Assembly: GCF_009914755.1 (NCBI RefSeq) | Contig: NC_060934.1 | Source of the DNA: the human T2T-CHM13v2.0 reference genome, Homo sapiens | Reading direction: 5' to 3' (one strand) | Length of the DNA stretch: 64,000 bases | Shown here: positions 1 to 15,259 of the stretch, in pieces | How the letters are laid out: each line of letters starts with the position of its first letter | Numbering within the stretch: position 1 is the stretch's first letter | The notes under the pieces: model-generated | Told to the model about the DNA's origin: nothing | What the model saw: the letters and a program-made list of their open reading frames with translations, nothing else | The model's database searches: none | Program-made: the position numbers and the translations under genes

Positions 1-322
1 CTGCACTGTACTGGGTGGCAGAACAAGACCCTATCTATCTTTAAAAAAAAAAAAAAAAGTGTTAAGAAAAATTTACGTAAAGAACCATAGTTATCATTTT
101 TCAGGGATTTTTTTTCAGTACTTTAACCACCACCCCCGATGGAGGCATCTATTTCCAAAGCTTCAAATCTTTTCTTAATTTGGAACCCAACACCTTTTCT
201 CCCCCTACCCCCCACACGAGGAAGTTCCACAGATTTTTTAAAATAAAAAACCAGGTCCTGTTATATAAAAGTACATTAGTTATATTAACCAAAAGTTTTT
301 TTTTTTTTTTTTTTTTTAACAG

Positions 323-437
323 ACAAGCCTACTATCCCCAGAGAAGTCTTTGAAAATAATGGAATCCTTGTTACAGATGTAAATAACTTTATAGAAAACA
401 TAGAAAAAATAGCAGCTCCATTTAGGAGTAGCTATTG
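323..437 (+). CDS. TASOR2: Penultimate coding exon of TASOR2/FAM208B (..[39 protein letters not shown])
   Basis: Long poly-T tract plus AG (321-322), open frame, donor TG|gtaaga at 438. Peptide matches my recollection of the TASOR2 C-terminus, and the gene is the known tail-to-tail neighbour of GDI2. Confidence 0.88.
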
Positions 438-819
438 GTAAGAACACTTTTTATGTAACTTTCCCATGTGAGTTGGAGTTGTTGATGGCAAATATTGACA
501 TTTGTGTCTAAGGGAAACAGTTGGGAAACTGTTGTTTACATACTTCATGCTATAAATTTAAAGTGTTTGTTTAGGGGTGGAATTGCTATTTGGCATAAAT
601 AGGAATTCCTAAATTATCACTAAATGAAGTAACCATCTACTAAAATTACCTATTTTATCTAATGTGCATTTTCACTTGCTGTTAACTTGGATCGTCAGTA
701 CAGAACATAATGTAACCTTAGAATGCATAGGCGTTTTCCCCATTAGAGCATCCCGCTTATAAAATATTTCTTGTTCGTATTATTTTAAGAAGTTCTTTAT
801 CAATTTTGTGTTTCTTCAG

Positions 820-823
820 GTGA
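820..823 (+). CDS. TASOR2: Coding part of the TASOR2 last exon (last base of the Trp codon + TGA stop)
   Basis: Acceptor ttttgtgtttcttcag|G TGA at 818-823 completes TG|G and gives the stop. Confidence 0.82.
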
Positions 824-1530
824 CTCAACTACAGCCTGCCTGGATATGGATGATGCCAATAAAAAATTAGTATTTTCCCTTTGGAAAACTTGTGAACATG
901 TGAATACACATGTGAACAGTCTTACATTTGAAAAACCAATGTTCTACAACTTGGAAAGTTTTCATTTTTTATATTTTGCTGAAATATGTCACAGTGGCAT
1001 TGCAGTTGTCTGTTAGCTTTGGGTTGCAGTGCTAGATATTGTTTTAAATTATTTTCATTTTAAACAAGATGCCTTCTAAGCTATTGAGCTTATTAAAAAT
1101 AATTTTACATGTTTACTTAGTTGGAGCAAAAATAAGTCTATTTTAACAAATAGCTTTGTTTTTGCATGCTAATGTCAGAAAGGCATACGATGCACATTAT
1201 GCTGTTTTAAAGGTTTTACCACCCTTGTAAAAACTATAATCTTAAATGGTTTTATTTGCTGTTACACAAACAACACTACATAAAACATTTTTTCCTAAAT
1301 GGTACAAATTTATAAACTATCATTTTTCACTTACGGTATTTGTAAATACTACACTACAAAAATCAGCTTTCTGAGAAAGAAATAATCATTTATTTATGAT
1401 ATTGAAAATTTCTACAGTAAACACTCAAAACCAAGCAAAAAACATTTGTAAGATACACGGTATCTATTTGGAGCAACGGTTTTTGTAACTAATGTGTTTC
1501 ATTTTTTAAATAAAGACAACTAAAAATAAT
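824..1530 (+). other. TASOR2: TASOR2 3' UTR with proximal (858-863) and distal (1509-1514) AATAAA signals
   Basis: AU-rich non-repetitive sequence after the stop; two AATAAA hexamers; T-rich sequence downstream of 1514. Confidence 0.75.
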
Positions 1531-2347
1531 CTCTTTCTGCAATGATTTTTATAGCAGAAATTGACTTATCTGGAGTGTTCTAGCAATTTTTAGGTCATTT
1601 AGCAGAACAGTAAGCTTCCAGAGGAAACCTACACTTCTATCCTTTGGGCCTGGCCTGTTCTGTTTCTGGGTTCTTTCCGCAGTCAAGTACACCGAGTAAC
1701 AGGTTAAAGAATGGCAGTTTCACCTGGCCTTTACAGGGACACTTACTTCTTTCAGAAGTCATTAAGTCGGCTTTTATTATTCCTAAACAAAAGAGCTTTA
1801 TTTTCTCATGAGTAGGTTTTAGAGTTTTAATTGTTGACAATTTTTCAGTTACTAATAGAACCCCAGTCATTTCATTTTATTTTTCCAAGGACAAGAGTCT
1901 ATTAAGGGAACCATTAACTATTCAGTACAGTGAATTACTTTCAGATTACTAAGGAAAAGGAAAGTGAGCAGTTATAAGATGCCAAACACCTATCTATCTG
2001 CCTGAAATATGCACCTTTCAGGTTGGACCTAATAACATTCACCTCCCCTTGCTGAAAAGCCTTCCAACACCCACGAGGCCATCTCAGTTTCCATGCTACC
2101 TTTTCTGTAACTCTACTAATAACCAAACCACATCATGTGTTCACCAAACTGAGTTATCCCAGTAACTACCATTATCATCTTTGTCTCCACTGGCCTGGCA
2201 CACAAGGTATTCAGTAAATACGTTGAATGAAGAATATGAAGATGCGTGGTTTTTCTTTTTTCACTTATTACTAACCCAGCTTGGGCCTTTGCATGGGAAG
2301 AGAAAAAGGCTTGCTGGGACTTCAGATAATTTTATCATACAGGTAAA

Positions 2348-2500
2348 GCAGTGGTTCTCAACATCTGGAGACATTTTTGGTTGTCATTCCAAGATGGTGC
2401 TGTTGCCATCTAGTGTGTGGAGGCCAGGGATGCTGCTACAATCAACCCTATCAACAGAGAATGATCCAGCCCAAAACATCAACTGAAGTCGAGAAGCTCC
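2348..2500. mobile_element. MER20-like hAT DNA transposon fragment
   Basis: cagtggttctcaac start and ggagacatttttggttgtca...ggccagggatgctgct, typical of MER20. Confidence 0.7.
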
Positions 2501-3009
2501 ATCATTTTGGCAATATGAATAACAATCTAAATCACCACCCTAGTTCCTTTAACACATCATCTACCTTAGTCTGTCTCCTTCATACTCTGAAGAGTCAGTG
2601 TTTATCTGTGGTAAACAACAGCATCTGCCGTGAGGCTCATCACTGTCAGGGGAAAGGGCCTTATATGTAAACACTTTATCATTTCAACTACACAAAAACT
2701 ATTTACTAAAGCACCTACTCTACCTGACAGTTCACTTACTCCCTTATAACTGCTGCTACAAGCAAAATCATTAAACACTATTTTTTCTGCACAAAGATGA
2801 TAGGTCTAGTAATGGTACTGTGTCAAGAATAAAACTCGAGGTCTACTCACAGGGAAGCCAGACGACAGGACCTGCTGTGATCCTTCCAGATCAGAAGACA
2901 CCCACGCTTTCCGCTGCTGAGCATTCTGACTGGCATTGACTCCAGTGCTACCAAAGGAAGCACGGCAGCTGTGACCCTTGCAATCAGGACACACAAACCA
3001 ACACCGGGC

Positions 3010-3795
3010 AGTAGTTTCCAGAATTTGGCTTTATTTTGCAGTACAGAAATCATTTGGAGCCATTTTGAGACAGAAGTAGAGGCTCTGTCAAGTCAATACT
3101 GCATTGCAGCTTGGTCCACTGAAGAAGCCACGCCTGAGATACAAAAGATGCACTACACTTGACCCGCTTTATGTTCGCTTCCTCTCCCCTTCTCTCTCAT
3201 CAACTTTATTAGGTTAAAACACCACATACAGGCTTTCTCCAAATGACTCCCTATGTCTGGGGTTTGGTTAGAATTTTATGCCCACATAAACCAAACTTGT
3301 GGCTATGCTATTTGGGCCCTGCCATAACATTTGACATAATACAAAATATAAAGTCATAGGGAAAACTTCCGGATGCTGTCCCAAACCGTGGAATATTCAA
3401 TTTAGAATCTCCTGAACCTCAAGAGGACAGATGACACACAACCTGTATGGATCCAGCTCTTGAGCAGCAGCAGCACATAGCTACACTGATTAAAAGATTA
3501 AAAAAACTGTCTCAAGTTGTCTGTGTCGGTATCCCAATGTTTGTTTAACTTCACTAGAAAAAAAAAAAAGCCAGTTTGGTTAAATTGAACAGAATGTGGT
3601 AACTGCCAATGCTGAATAGCCACTCCATGAAAACAAGTTAATAATTAGAAAGGTGAAGGGGAGTATTTACTGGCACAGCGCTCTTCATTCTCTCCATTTT
3701 CATTACAAAAGCAGGCCTTACAATATTGATTTCATTATATGCATTATTTGCCAAATTTTAAATGTGTCCTAATTACATAATAACATGTACTGCTG
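3010..3795 (-). other. GDI2: GDI2 3' UTR
   Basis: Follows the TAA stop (3796-3798); minus-strand AATAAA at 3205-3210 and 3030-3035. Confidence 0.85.
3030..3035 (-). terminator. GDI2: GDI2 distal polyadenylation signal
   Basis: tttatt on plus = AATAAA, followed on the minus strand by a GU-rich element (ggtgttggtttgtgtgt, about 2989-3005). Confidence 0.8.
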
Positions 3796-3942
3796 TTAGT
3801 CTTCCCCATAGATGTCATTCTTCTTGCGCTTCATTTCCTCAAAGTCAAACTCTGATCCTGTCATCCTCTTATAGATGTTTTTAATGTCATCACACGTTGT
3901 CTCAAAATGAGTGGTGGCATCATATGTGCGGGAAATAAAGAT
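3796..3942 (-). CDS. GDI2: GDI2 exon 11 ([48 protein letters not shown])
   Basis: 147 nt, AG acceptor at 3944-3943, TAA stop; Rab-GDI C-terminus. Confidence 0.97.
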   Translation of the reverse strand: MFISRTYDATTHFETTCDDIKNIYKRMTGSEFDFEEMKRKKNDIYGED

Positions 3943-4030
3943 CTGAAAACAAAAATTACGAAGACTTAAGACCATGGAGGGATGTCTTCCAGTGAAACCT
4001 GCCCATATCCTTTCACACTTCCATACTCAC

Positions 4031-4085
4031 CTGGCTTTCTGTTCCCAAGTCTTTTGGTACCAGGAGGTCACTGATGCTAACAAAT
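4031..4085 (-). CDS. GDI2: GDI2 exon 10 (K-FVSISDLLVPKDLGTESQ)
   Basis: 55 nt, cag| acceptor and |gtgagt donor, frame consistent. Confidence 0.96.
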
Positions 4086-4283
4086 CTGGAGGGAGAGAGA
4101 ATTCAGTCAGGTGAGCTGGTCCCACACCTGACCATGGCTCTGCCTGAGGTCAACTGAGAGGTACAGATGAATCCCACAGAGCAGCCAGCAGCTACCTGCC
4201 TTGCCCTCACATTCGTCCCACCATGGAGCCACAATCAAAGGCCTCAGTTTGCATCTCGGCAGATATAAAAGAACACAACTCAC

Positions 4284-4428
4284 TTCTGTTCAATTGGTTC
4301 CAAGAGCTCCAAAGCTGGTCTGATTTCCTTCTCAGGCTCCTTGGTTTCCACAGTTGTACTAACTATAGCAATGTACTTCCCTTGTGCTGCTACATTGTGC
4401 GCAAAGGAGATCATGCAGACGTAGATAT
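4284..4428 (-). CDS. GDI2: GDI2 exon 9 ([49 protein letters not shown])
   Basis: 145 nt, inside ORF 4280..4498, tag| and |gtgagt. Confidence 0.97.
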
Positions 4429-5109
4429 CTAGAAACAAATGATACCAGCTCACTGCCTCAAGTGTCTCCATCTGGGACCCAACATACTCAGGTATCACCC
4501 ATATGTCATGAGGTGTGAGTTAAAATTACTCTCAATAGGCAAGATCTTCTACACTTAAGTTCTAAATGGTGACAGAGTTGGATGTAAAGTACACAGATAT
4601 TTAACAATAGGAATTTCTTTTAACCTACTAGAGATTAAGAATTGAAGTGGTAGCGAACTGCTGAAGTTTGGAATGAGATCTCTTAACAGCTCTGTCATAC
4701 CTAACTAAAAAACCTGCCAAACCATATTAACTATTCTGGGAGATTCTTCCATTCTGGACCTTGCATTTAGAAAGGTTCTGAATGGCTAAGAAAGGATGTA
4801 CTTAGTACTGACGTCCTCATTTACTTATTACAGTAATGTAAAACTGCAGAATCCACATAAACCACTTTTGAGTTGGCATAACGATAGAATTCTCGATTAG
4901 ACTTGGTCTGTATACCACTCATCCAGTTAACTGTGTCATTTCCAGGATAGAAAATCATTTGGATAGGAGAGCATTTAAAGGCCAAAAAAAAAAAACTCTG
5001 GGACCTCCTTTATTCTTTTCAGACTTGCAAGGACCCAGGACCCGCCTGGGAACCTTGTGGAAGATTAAGTCCAGTCCCTTTGTTCTACAGATCATCTTTT
5101 GTGATTGGT

Positions 5110-5375
5110 TTTTTTTTGTGTTTTAACAGTCTGGCTCTGTCACCCAGGTTGGAGACAGGGATGCAATCACAGCTTACAGTAACCTCAAACTCCTGAGCTC
5201 AAGTGATCCTCTCCCACCGCAGCCTCCCAAGTAGCTAGGACTACAGGTGTGTGCCACCACACCTAGCCATTTTTGTTTGTTTGTTTTTTGTTTTTGTAGA
5301 GACGAGCTCTCACTATGTTACCCAGGCTGGTCTTGAACCCCTGGCCTCAAGCAAGCCTCCTGCCTTGGCCTCCCA
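5110..5375 (-). mobile_element. AluJ element
   Basis: Antisense Alu with diverged AluJ-type sequence. Confidence 0.85.
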
Positions 5376-6002
5376 TGATTTCATTTCTTATATGGGGGAA
5401 AAAAAATCATTATACAGATAGCTCTTACCTGTCCCATAAAGCCTGATTACCCTTTTTAAGCTGAATTTTAGATAAATAAAAAGATTTGGGGCTTCTAGTT
5501 GAAAGGAAAATGGGAACATCGAAGGGTTACAAACAACTGGCTAAGACAAATAAGTTAGGACTTGCAATTTTAGAGCCATGTCCTGATCACAGAAATGAAA
5601 GGTGGACACTGCTAGAATCAAATGTAGGTACTAGGATTACAAATAAGGACACAGAAGCAGCTATGTCATTAGCTCAAGAATATACTCGGGTCAGTTAACT
5701 ATTAAGCATAAACCTCCACAGGAACCTACTGTTAGTTAGAGCTGGGAGACGCAGGGTTCACCAAGCCCAGTCTGTTCATTCTACAGGTGATGGACACAAG
5801 TCCAAGGCTGGCTCCGAGTTGAATCTGTCCGCGTTGACACAATGCTGCCGGAGCAGGAGGAGGTACAAAGATTTTTTTCCCCCATATGTAAACCAAGGTC
5901 TGTTCACTAATACAGCATACAAAATTAGGAATTTGGGATAAAACACAAAGCAAATTATATCTTACAAAATTCTACCAACATCTGCTGGTCTTCAAACCTC
6001 AC

Positions 6003-6174
6003 CTGACTTTCGATTGACTTGGTTCTGTGGAATAATGATCTGGCAGGAGTTGGCATCATTGGTGTTCTTGATGGGGTGGCTGAGGATGCAAATAACTCTG
6101 ATCACCTGGCCCACTTTTTCTACCCGATCTTTTACGTAGCTGGGGTCACAGATGAGCTGCTTACAGCGAGCAAT
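6003..6174 (-). CDS. GDI2: GDI2 exon 8 ([58 protein letters not shown])
   Basis: 172 nt, tag| and |gtgagg. Confidence 0.97.
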
Positions 6175-6214
6175 CTATAACAAAGCATTTAAGAAGACAC
6201 TGAAGCGGACAAGG

Positions 6215-8820
<2,606 letters not shown>

Positions 8821-9149
8821 GAGGGAAAAAGACTAATATTCAGTGTCTATAATGTTTTAAACAGTATATTAATGTAATTTTCCCTTGAATATAATCTGTT
8901 ATCTTCATAATCTAATGAATATAAAAGTCAAGGTAATTATTAAACTGTCGGTAACTACTGAAACTAGCTTTGCCAATTATCCCTACTATTTTCTCCTTGA
9001 ACAGATATATGAACTGTAAATCCTGTTCAAATACTAGGAAAACTGTGTTGCACAGTATTCAGAAGTATAAGTTTTAGAATTGGGCAGATCAGGGTTCAAA
9101 TCCTGGCTCTACCTAACCTCAAAGGATTGTTGTTAGTACTAAAATTCAG

Positions 9150-9330
9150 CCACGTCCAGCCCCTTGAATGCAAGGACATTTTTGCTTATTTGTGGTGGCA
9201 GACATCACGAAATTATGCACAGACCCTTTTTCCAGCTATCATTACTGTTAGCATATTTTATGTGTGACCCAAGACAATTCTTCCTCTTCCAATGTGGCAC
9301 AGGGAAGCCAAAAGGTTGGACATTAGTGAA
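9150..9330. mobile_element. MER3-like hAT element inserted in a MIR
   Basis: tttatgtgtgacccaagacaattcttc..ccaatgtggcacagggaagccaaaaggttggaca; MIR core gggttcaaatcctggctct at about 9090. Confidence 0.65.
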
Positions 9331-9598
9331 CTAAATGAAATGGTGTAAAAAAGTCTGTCATTATAGGTGGGTGTCCTGACAAAAAATAAATGCTCAGTAA
9401 ATGTACTCTACATAGACTAAAATCCTTATCATCTTAAGGCTATGCTTCCTAAGAAAAACTTGAATTGCAAGATAAATGTATTATAGCCTCCTTCCCTTTC
9501 ATATCAAAGCCCTGAAGTTTCAGAAACACAAAGAATGAAACAAAAGAAAAATACAGAATAAAAGTAACTTTCAGAAGACAGATTAAAACATTTATCCC

Positions 9599-10599
<1,001 letters not shown>

Positions 10600-11631
10600 C
10601 TAACATCACCCAGCACAGGAATTTACATCCTCAGGTGTATAACGACTGAGGGCTGTGGGTGCGGAACACCTTAATTCCAATTCTACCTCAGCCATTCATT
10701 AAACTGTGTGCCCTTGTAGATGTTTCTTCATTTAAGCCTCCAGGTATAACCTGGACATAATACCCGCCTCTTAGGATCCTTGTAAGGAATAAATGAGTTT
10801 GAAAATGTGCTTCACAAATTATTATCAGGCGTTTTTTGCCCCAAGTCAGTCCTGTATTTTCTCTCCCTTACTCATTGTCCCCTTACACCACCTACCAAAC
10901 TCTGATCTCAAACTTTCCAGTGAGACCTAAATAATTGAAGATGCCCCCCACCCCACCACCCAGGAGGTTGCTACATTCCCACACAGCTTAATGTTAAAAA
11001 GATAAAGCTTAGATTTTTAGAATTCCAGTGAGACAGTAAAGCAGTGCACTTTGAAGTGCATCCTCTACTGCAAGAACTGTTGCAGATAGTAACAGTGTCA
11101 AATGGCAGAAGAATTAATTCATATGGTGATAAAGGGAAACGATCTTTTTTTCCTTGTGATTTTTTTTTTCAGTAGCATCCACATCACCTAAGAGGTTTCA
11201 AGAAAATGCAGAGCCTTCTCAGACCTACTGATTAGAACATGCACTAGAACCAGATTAATGATGCTTTATATATAATTCACATTTGAGAAATGCTGCTCAA
11301 AACCCCACCCGTGTAGGTGGCCTGCAAGTACAGTTCAATTTCAATGAAAATTTGGGAGACAGGCACAACCCAAACTCTATAAATACAGAATACTTACTAT
11401 TTAGAGCTCACCCATAATGCATATTTCAATATTAAAATAATCAACAACTGACAACAAAAAAGATGCTTTTAAAACAAAGCACAGCAACTGTAATTAGTCC
11501 TTAGTCACAATAAATACTAACTTCCCATACAGAAATCATATGCATCAGTGTCCACACCAAAATCAATATTTAGAATACACAACTTTCTTCACAAGAACAT
11601 AGTAATTTTTTTCATTTTAAAAGCTACTTAC

Positions 11632-11731
11632 TTCTCCTTCAGATTTTACACCAATTACTTTTCCATTCTGTACAATGATTTCTTCAATGGGTTTATTCAG
11701 CATATAGGTACCTCCATAAATAGCACTTAGC
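11632..11731 (-). CDS. GDI2: GDI2 exon 7 ([34 protein letters not shown])
   Basis: 100 nt, cag| and |gtaagt. Confidence 0.97.
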
Positions 11732-11934
11732 CTGGAAAATTTTTAAAATCCCAATTAATAATATATAGTTGTTTCAACTCCTAAAGTCCCCTTTCTTAGA
11801 TCTTAATGAGTTACAGACAATATACATTTGTTCAATTTCCTTCTAGAAAGATGTCAGCTTAGAAGTGATTAAAGCAAGAAAACAGAGTCAAAAACACAAT
11901 CAGTTATAAATACGAAGTCAAAAAAAATCACTAA

Positions 11935-12670
11935 CCAGGCACTTGTCTTTCGAGCTGCCCACTCGGCCCTCCTCCAAGTGTACTTTCTTTCCTTCCTTTC
12001 ATTCCTGCCCTAAAGCTTTTCAATAAACGTCCACTCCTGCTCTAAAACTTGCCTCAGTCTCTCCTTCTACCTTATGCCCCTTGGTCATTCTTTCTTCTGA
12101 GGAGAAAAGAACTGAGGTTGCTGCAGACCCGTACGGATTCATCTCAGCACGGTAACATATTTTGGTGCCTGTGACTCGGCTACCTTCCACCAGCAACACA
12201 TTTGGTGCTGTGTGACTCGGATACATTCCCTAGTAGTAAGAGACCTCTACACCTCATTTTCTTTGGCTGGAGGCGTTCAACCCCCATACACGGTTTTCTT
12301 CTCCCCTTTCCACTCTCCCGCTTGCTAACCAATCACCGGAACAGTTCCTCTCGGCCGCAGCGGCTCTGCATCCATAGCTTATCCCTCCTCGCTCACCCTG
12401 ATGGATGGCTCTTCGGGGTCCACACTGAGCAGACCTGAGACACTAATGGCCCTCCTGGACAGGAGGCTCGTGAGTGTGGTGAGGCTAAAGCCTAAAGCCA
12501 TGCGATGTCTGGGTTTTACTCTGCTTCTTCAACTAAAATCGGCTCTTTCCCAAAACCCCACACTGTCTATTCTCCTGTTTTTCCTTGTGTGTGTGTTCTA
12601 AAATGGCCTTGTGCAGTCGCGGGACTATCCACATCAGAGGCAAATCTGCCATTTCTCTGGATTCACACCC
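11935..12670 (+). mobile_element. ERV1 remnant: 3' part of an LTR (MER50-like, ends ..taaca at 12157) plus start of the internal region with tRNA-His-type PBS
   Basis: LTR AATAAA at about 12022, tail gaggttgctgcagacccgtacggattc..ggtaaca, then tggtgcc(t)gtgactcgg. Confidence 0.7.
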
Positions 12671-12716
12671 AGGGGAAGGGGAAGGGCAAGGGCAAGGGCA
12701 AGGCCAAGGGAAGGGT
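12671..12716 (+). repeat. (GGGGAA/GGGCAA)n hexamer tract
   Basis: aggggaaggggaagggcaagggcaagggcaaggccaagggaaggg. Confidence 0.85.
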
Positions 12717-12794
12717 TGACCAGTAATAGCTATATTAGTCTAATCCTCTGGCATATAAATAAAACTATGGACTTAAAACACTATCAGAAGGAAC

Positions 12795-13080
12795 TGAAGG
12801 CAGTGGTTCACGCCTAATGCCACCACTTTGGGAAGCCGAGGCCAGCAGATGGCTTGAACGCAGGAGTTTAAGACCAGCCTTGGCAACATGCTGAAACCCT
12901 GTTTCTACAACAAATAGAAAAATTAACCAGGCATGGTGGCACTCATCTGTAGTCCCAGCTACCCGGAATGCTGAAGTGGCAGCATCACTTGAGCCTGAGA
13001 GGTCGAGGCTGCAGTAAGTCGTGATCACACCACTGCACTCCAGCCCGGGTAACAAAGCAAAATGCTGTCTCAAAAAAAGA
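12795..13080 (+). mobile_element. AluJ element
   Basis: Diverged dimeric Alu. Confidence 0.85.
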
Positions 13081-14296
13081 TAGTAATAAAGTGGGGGGAA
13101 AGGCAGCACTGGAGAATGACTTAAAGCAGCAAAAACCAGAGACTGAAGAAACTCTTGAAAGGAACCAAGTGGGTGAGAGCTTTATGTAGTTTATATGGTT
13201 TTCCCCTCAGGCAGCAACTTCCCTAGTCCTTGCAACATGGTACAGCTACAACAGAAGCACAATGCCTGCAGTCCTATTGATTTGAGATGTGACAGAATTT
13301 GGGGCGGCCAGAGGAGATGAAAATTGTAGGGGAAAGTTTCACAAAAGAGGGAGCCTCAAAAGAAGGAGCCAACAAATCTATGATAAAATATCTTCAAATC
13401 CTTAACTACCTCCAGAAGTGCTCACACAGGAGGGAAAAGCGAAGGAATCCACCAGAAATAAACAGCTGAAAGGCTCAAAGAGGTTAGCAGAGATTATAGA
13501 GGAAGGACAGAAGAAAAAATGTGTCTGAAGTTTAAAATTGCCATGTTCAAAGGAGCTTGCTTACTCCAGAGGAGTAACGTTTAAGAATAAGCAGAGGCCA
13601 CTTGCGCGTGTGACGTCATGGCACCGTGCGTGGCAGCAGCAGCAGCGCAGGTGGCAGGCCCGTGGAGCAGTGCTGGAGGAGGAAGTGGTGAGGTTGTTGC
13701 TCCCTCTGCGCCCCGCTGCTGGCTCTTGAACGCAGAGAGGGGCCACAGTCCCTGCGGCTGCATCGCGCTTCCCTGCAGTCCCCTCCATGTTCCCCTGCGC
13801 CACTGCTCCCCTTCCTAAGGCTGCCACTTACCCCGGAGTCTATGAAAATAATGGATCCCTCAACCTGGCTCATCAACAGAGCAGATGAACAGACCATTTA
13901 TCAGCAACTACAAAGAAGCTATTTCTTGTCACAAAAAGGCTGCGGCATATCCTTCAGAAGCCGTGAAGCTGACAGTCTGAGCAGGCTCATTTTTCACTGG
14001 AATTGCAAAGGAATAGGAAACAGCGCCTCCTCATCCAAGACAGGTGGAAAAGGGCCCAGCGTGAAAAGACTGAAAGCCCAGCAGAACATAGGATGTAGCT
14101 GCCCATCTCACAAACCCTCTGCTGAGGATGCAGAGAGCCAGAGCCCCCTTTCTCAGAAGCACAGCCCTTTCACAGAGAAATGCCTGCCTGAGATTCAAGG
14201 GATCTTTGACAGGGATCCAGACACGCTACTATTTTTACTTTAGCAAAAGAGTGAGCCAGCAGAGCCATGTATTAGAAGCAAAGGCCCGAAAGATAA

Positions 14297-14623
<327 letters not shown>

Positions 14624-14958
14624 TGAAAGGATTTATGAATAATTAAAATGGAAGGCCAGAGAAGAGGGGAGAAGAGGAAATAATGCGAAAACAGTTAATC
14701 CAGCAAAAAAATTAAAAGGGAAAACCACATAGAAGGGTAATCCCGGAAATGCTTCATCTGGCAGACTGTGGGAGAAGAGGCATTGCCAGGACTTGGCAAA
14801 CAGTCACTGTGAAATGTATCTGATTCACTGACTCGAGCTAATGATTCCAACTTAGTACACACTAAATTCATGGAGGTTCAGTTTCTCCAGATACAAACCA
14901 AATGGCTACATAGAATAATTTTTTCAAGCAACAATTACTTGTCTTGTCTTCAGGGTTA

Positions 14959-15259
<301 letters not shown>

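Noticed and set aside
3462-3476. TGCTGCT (miR-15/16 seed match) in the GDI2 3' UTR
   Set aside because: A 7-mer inside a short CTG run; not supportable without conservation or CLIP data
5770-5870. Plus-strand exon-like segment (ttcattctacag|..ggag|gtacaa) antisense to GDI2 intron 8
   Set aside because: Weak donor, no partner exons or promoter visible; indistinguishable from chance
12163-12222. tRNA-His-like sequence
   Set aside because: Only the 18-nt complement of the tRNA 3' end directly after an LTR, i.e. a retroviral PBS and not a tRNA gene
12505-12817. ORFs with GKGKGK or RARARA repeats
   Set aside because: Artefacts of the hexamer tract within an ERV remnant
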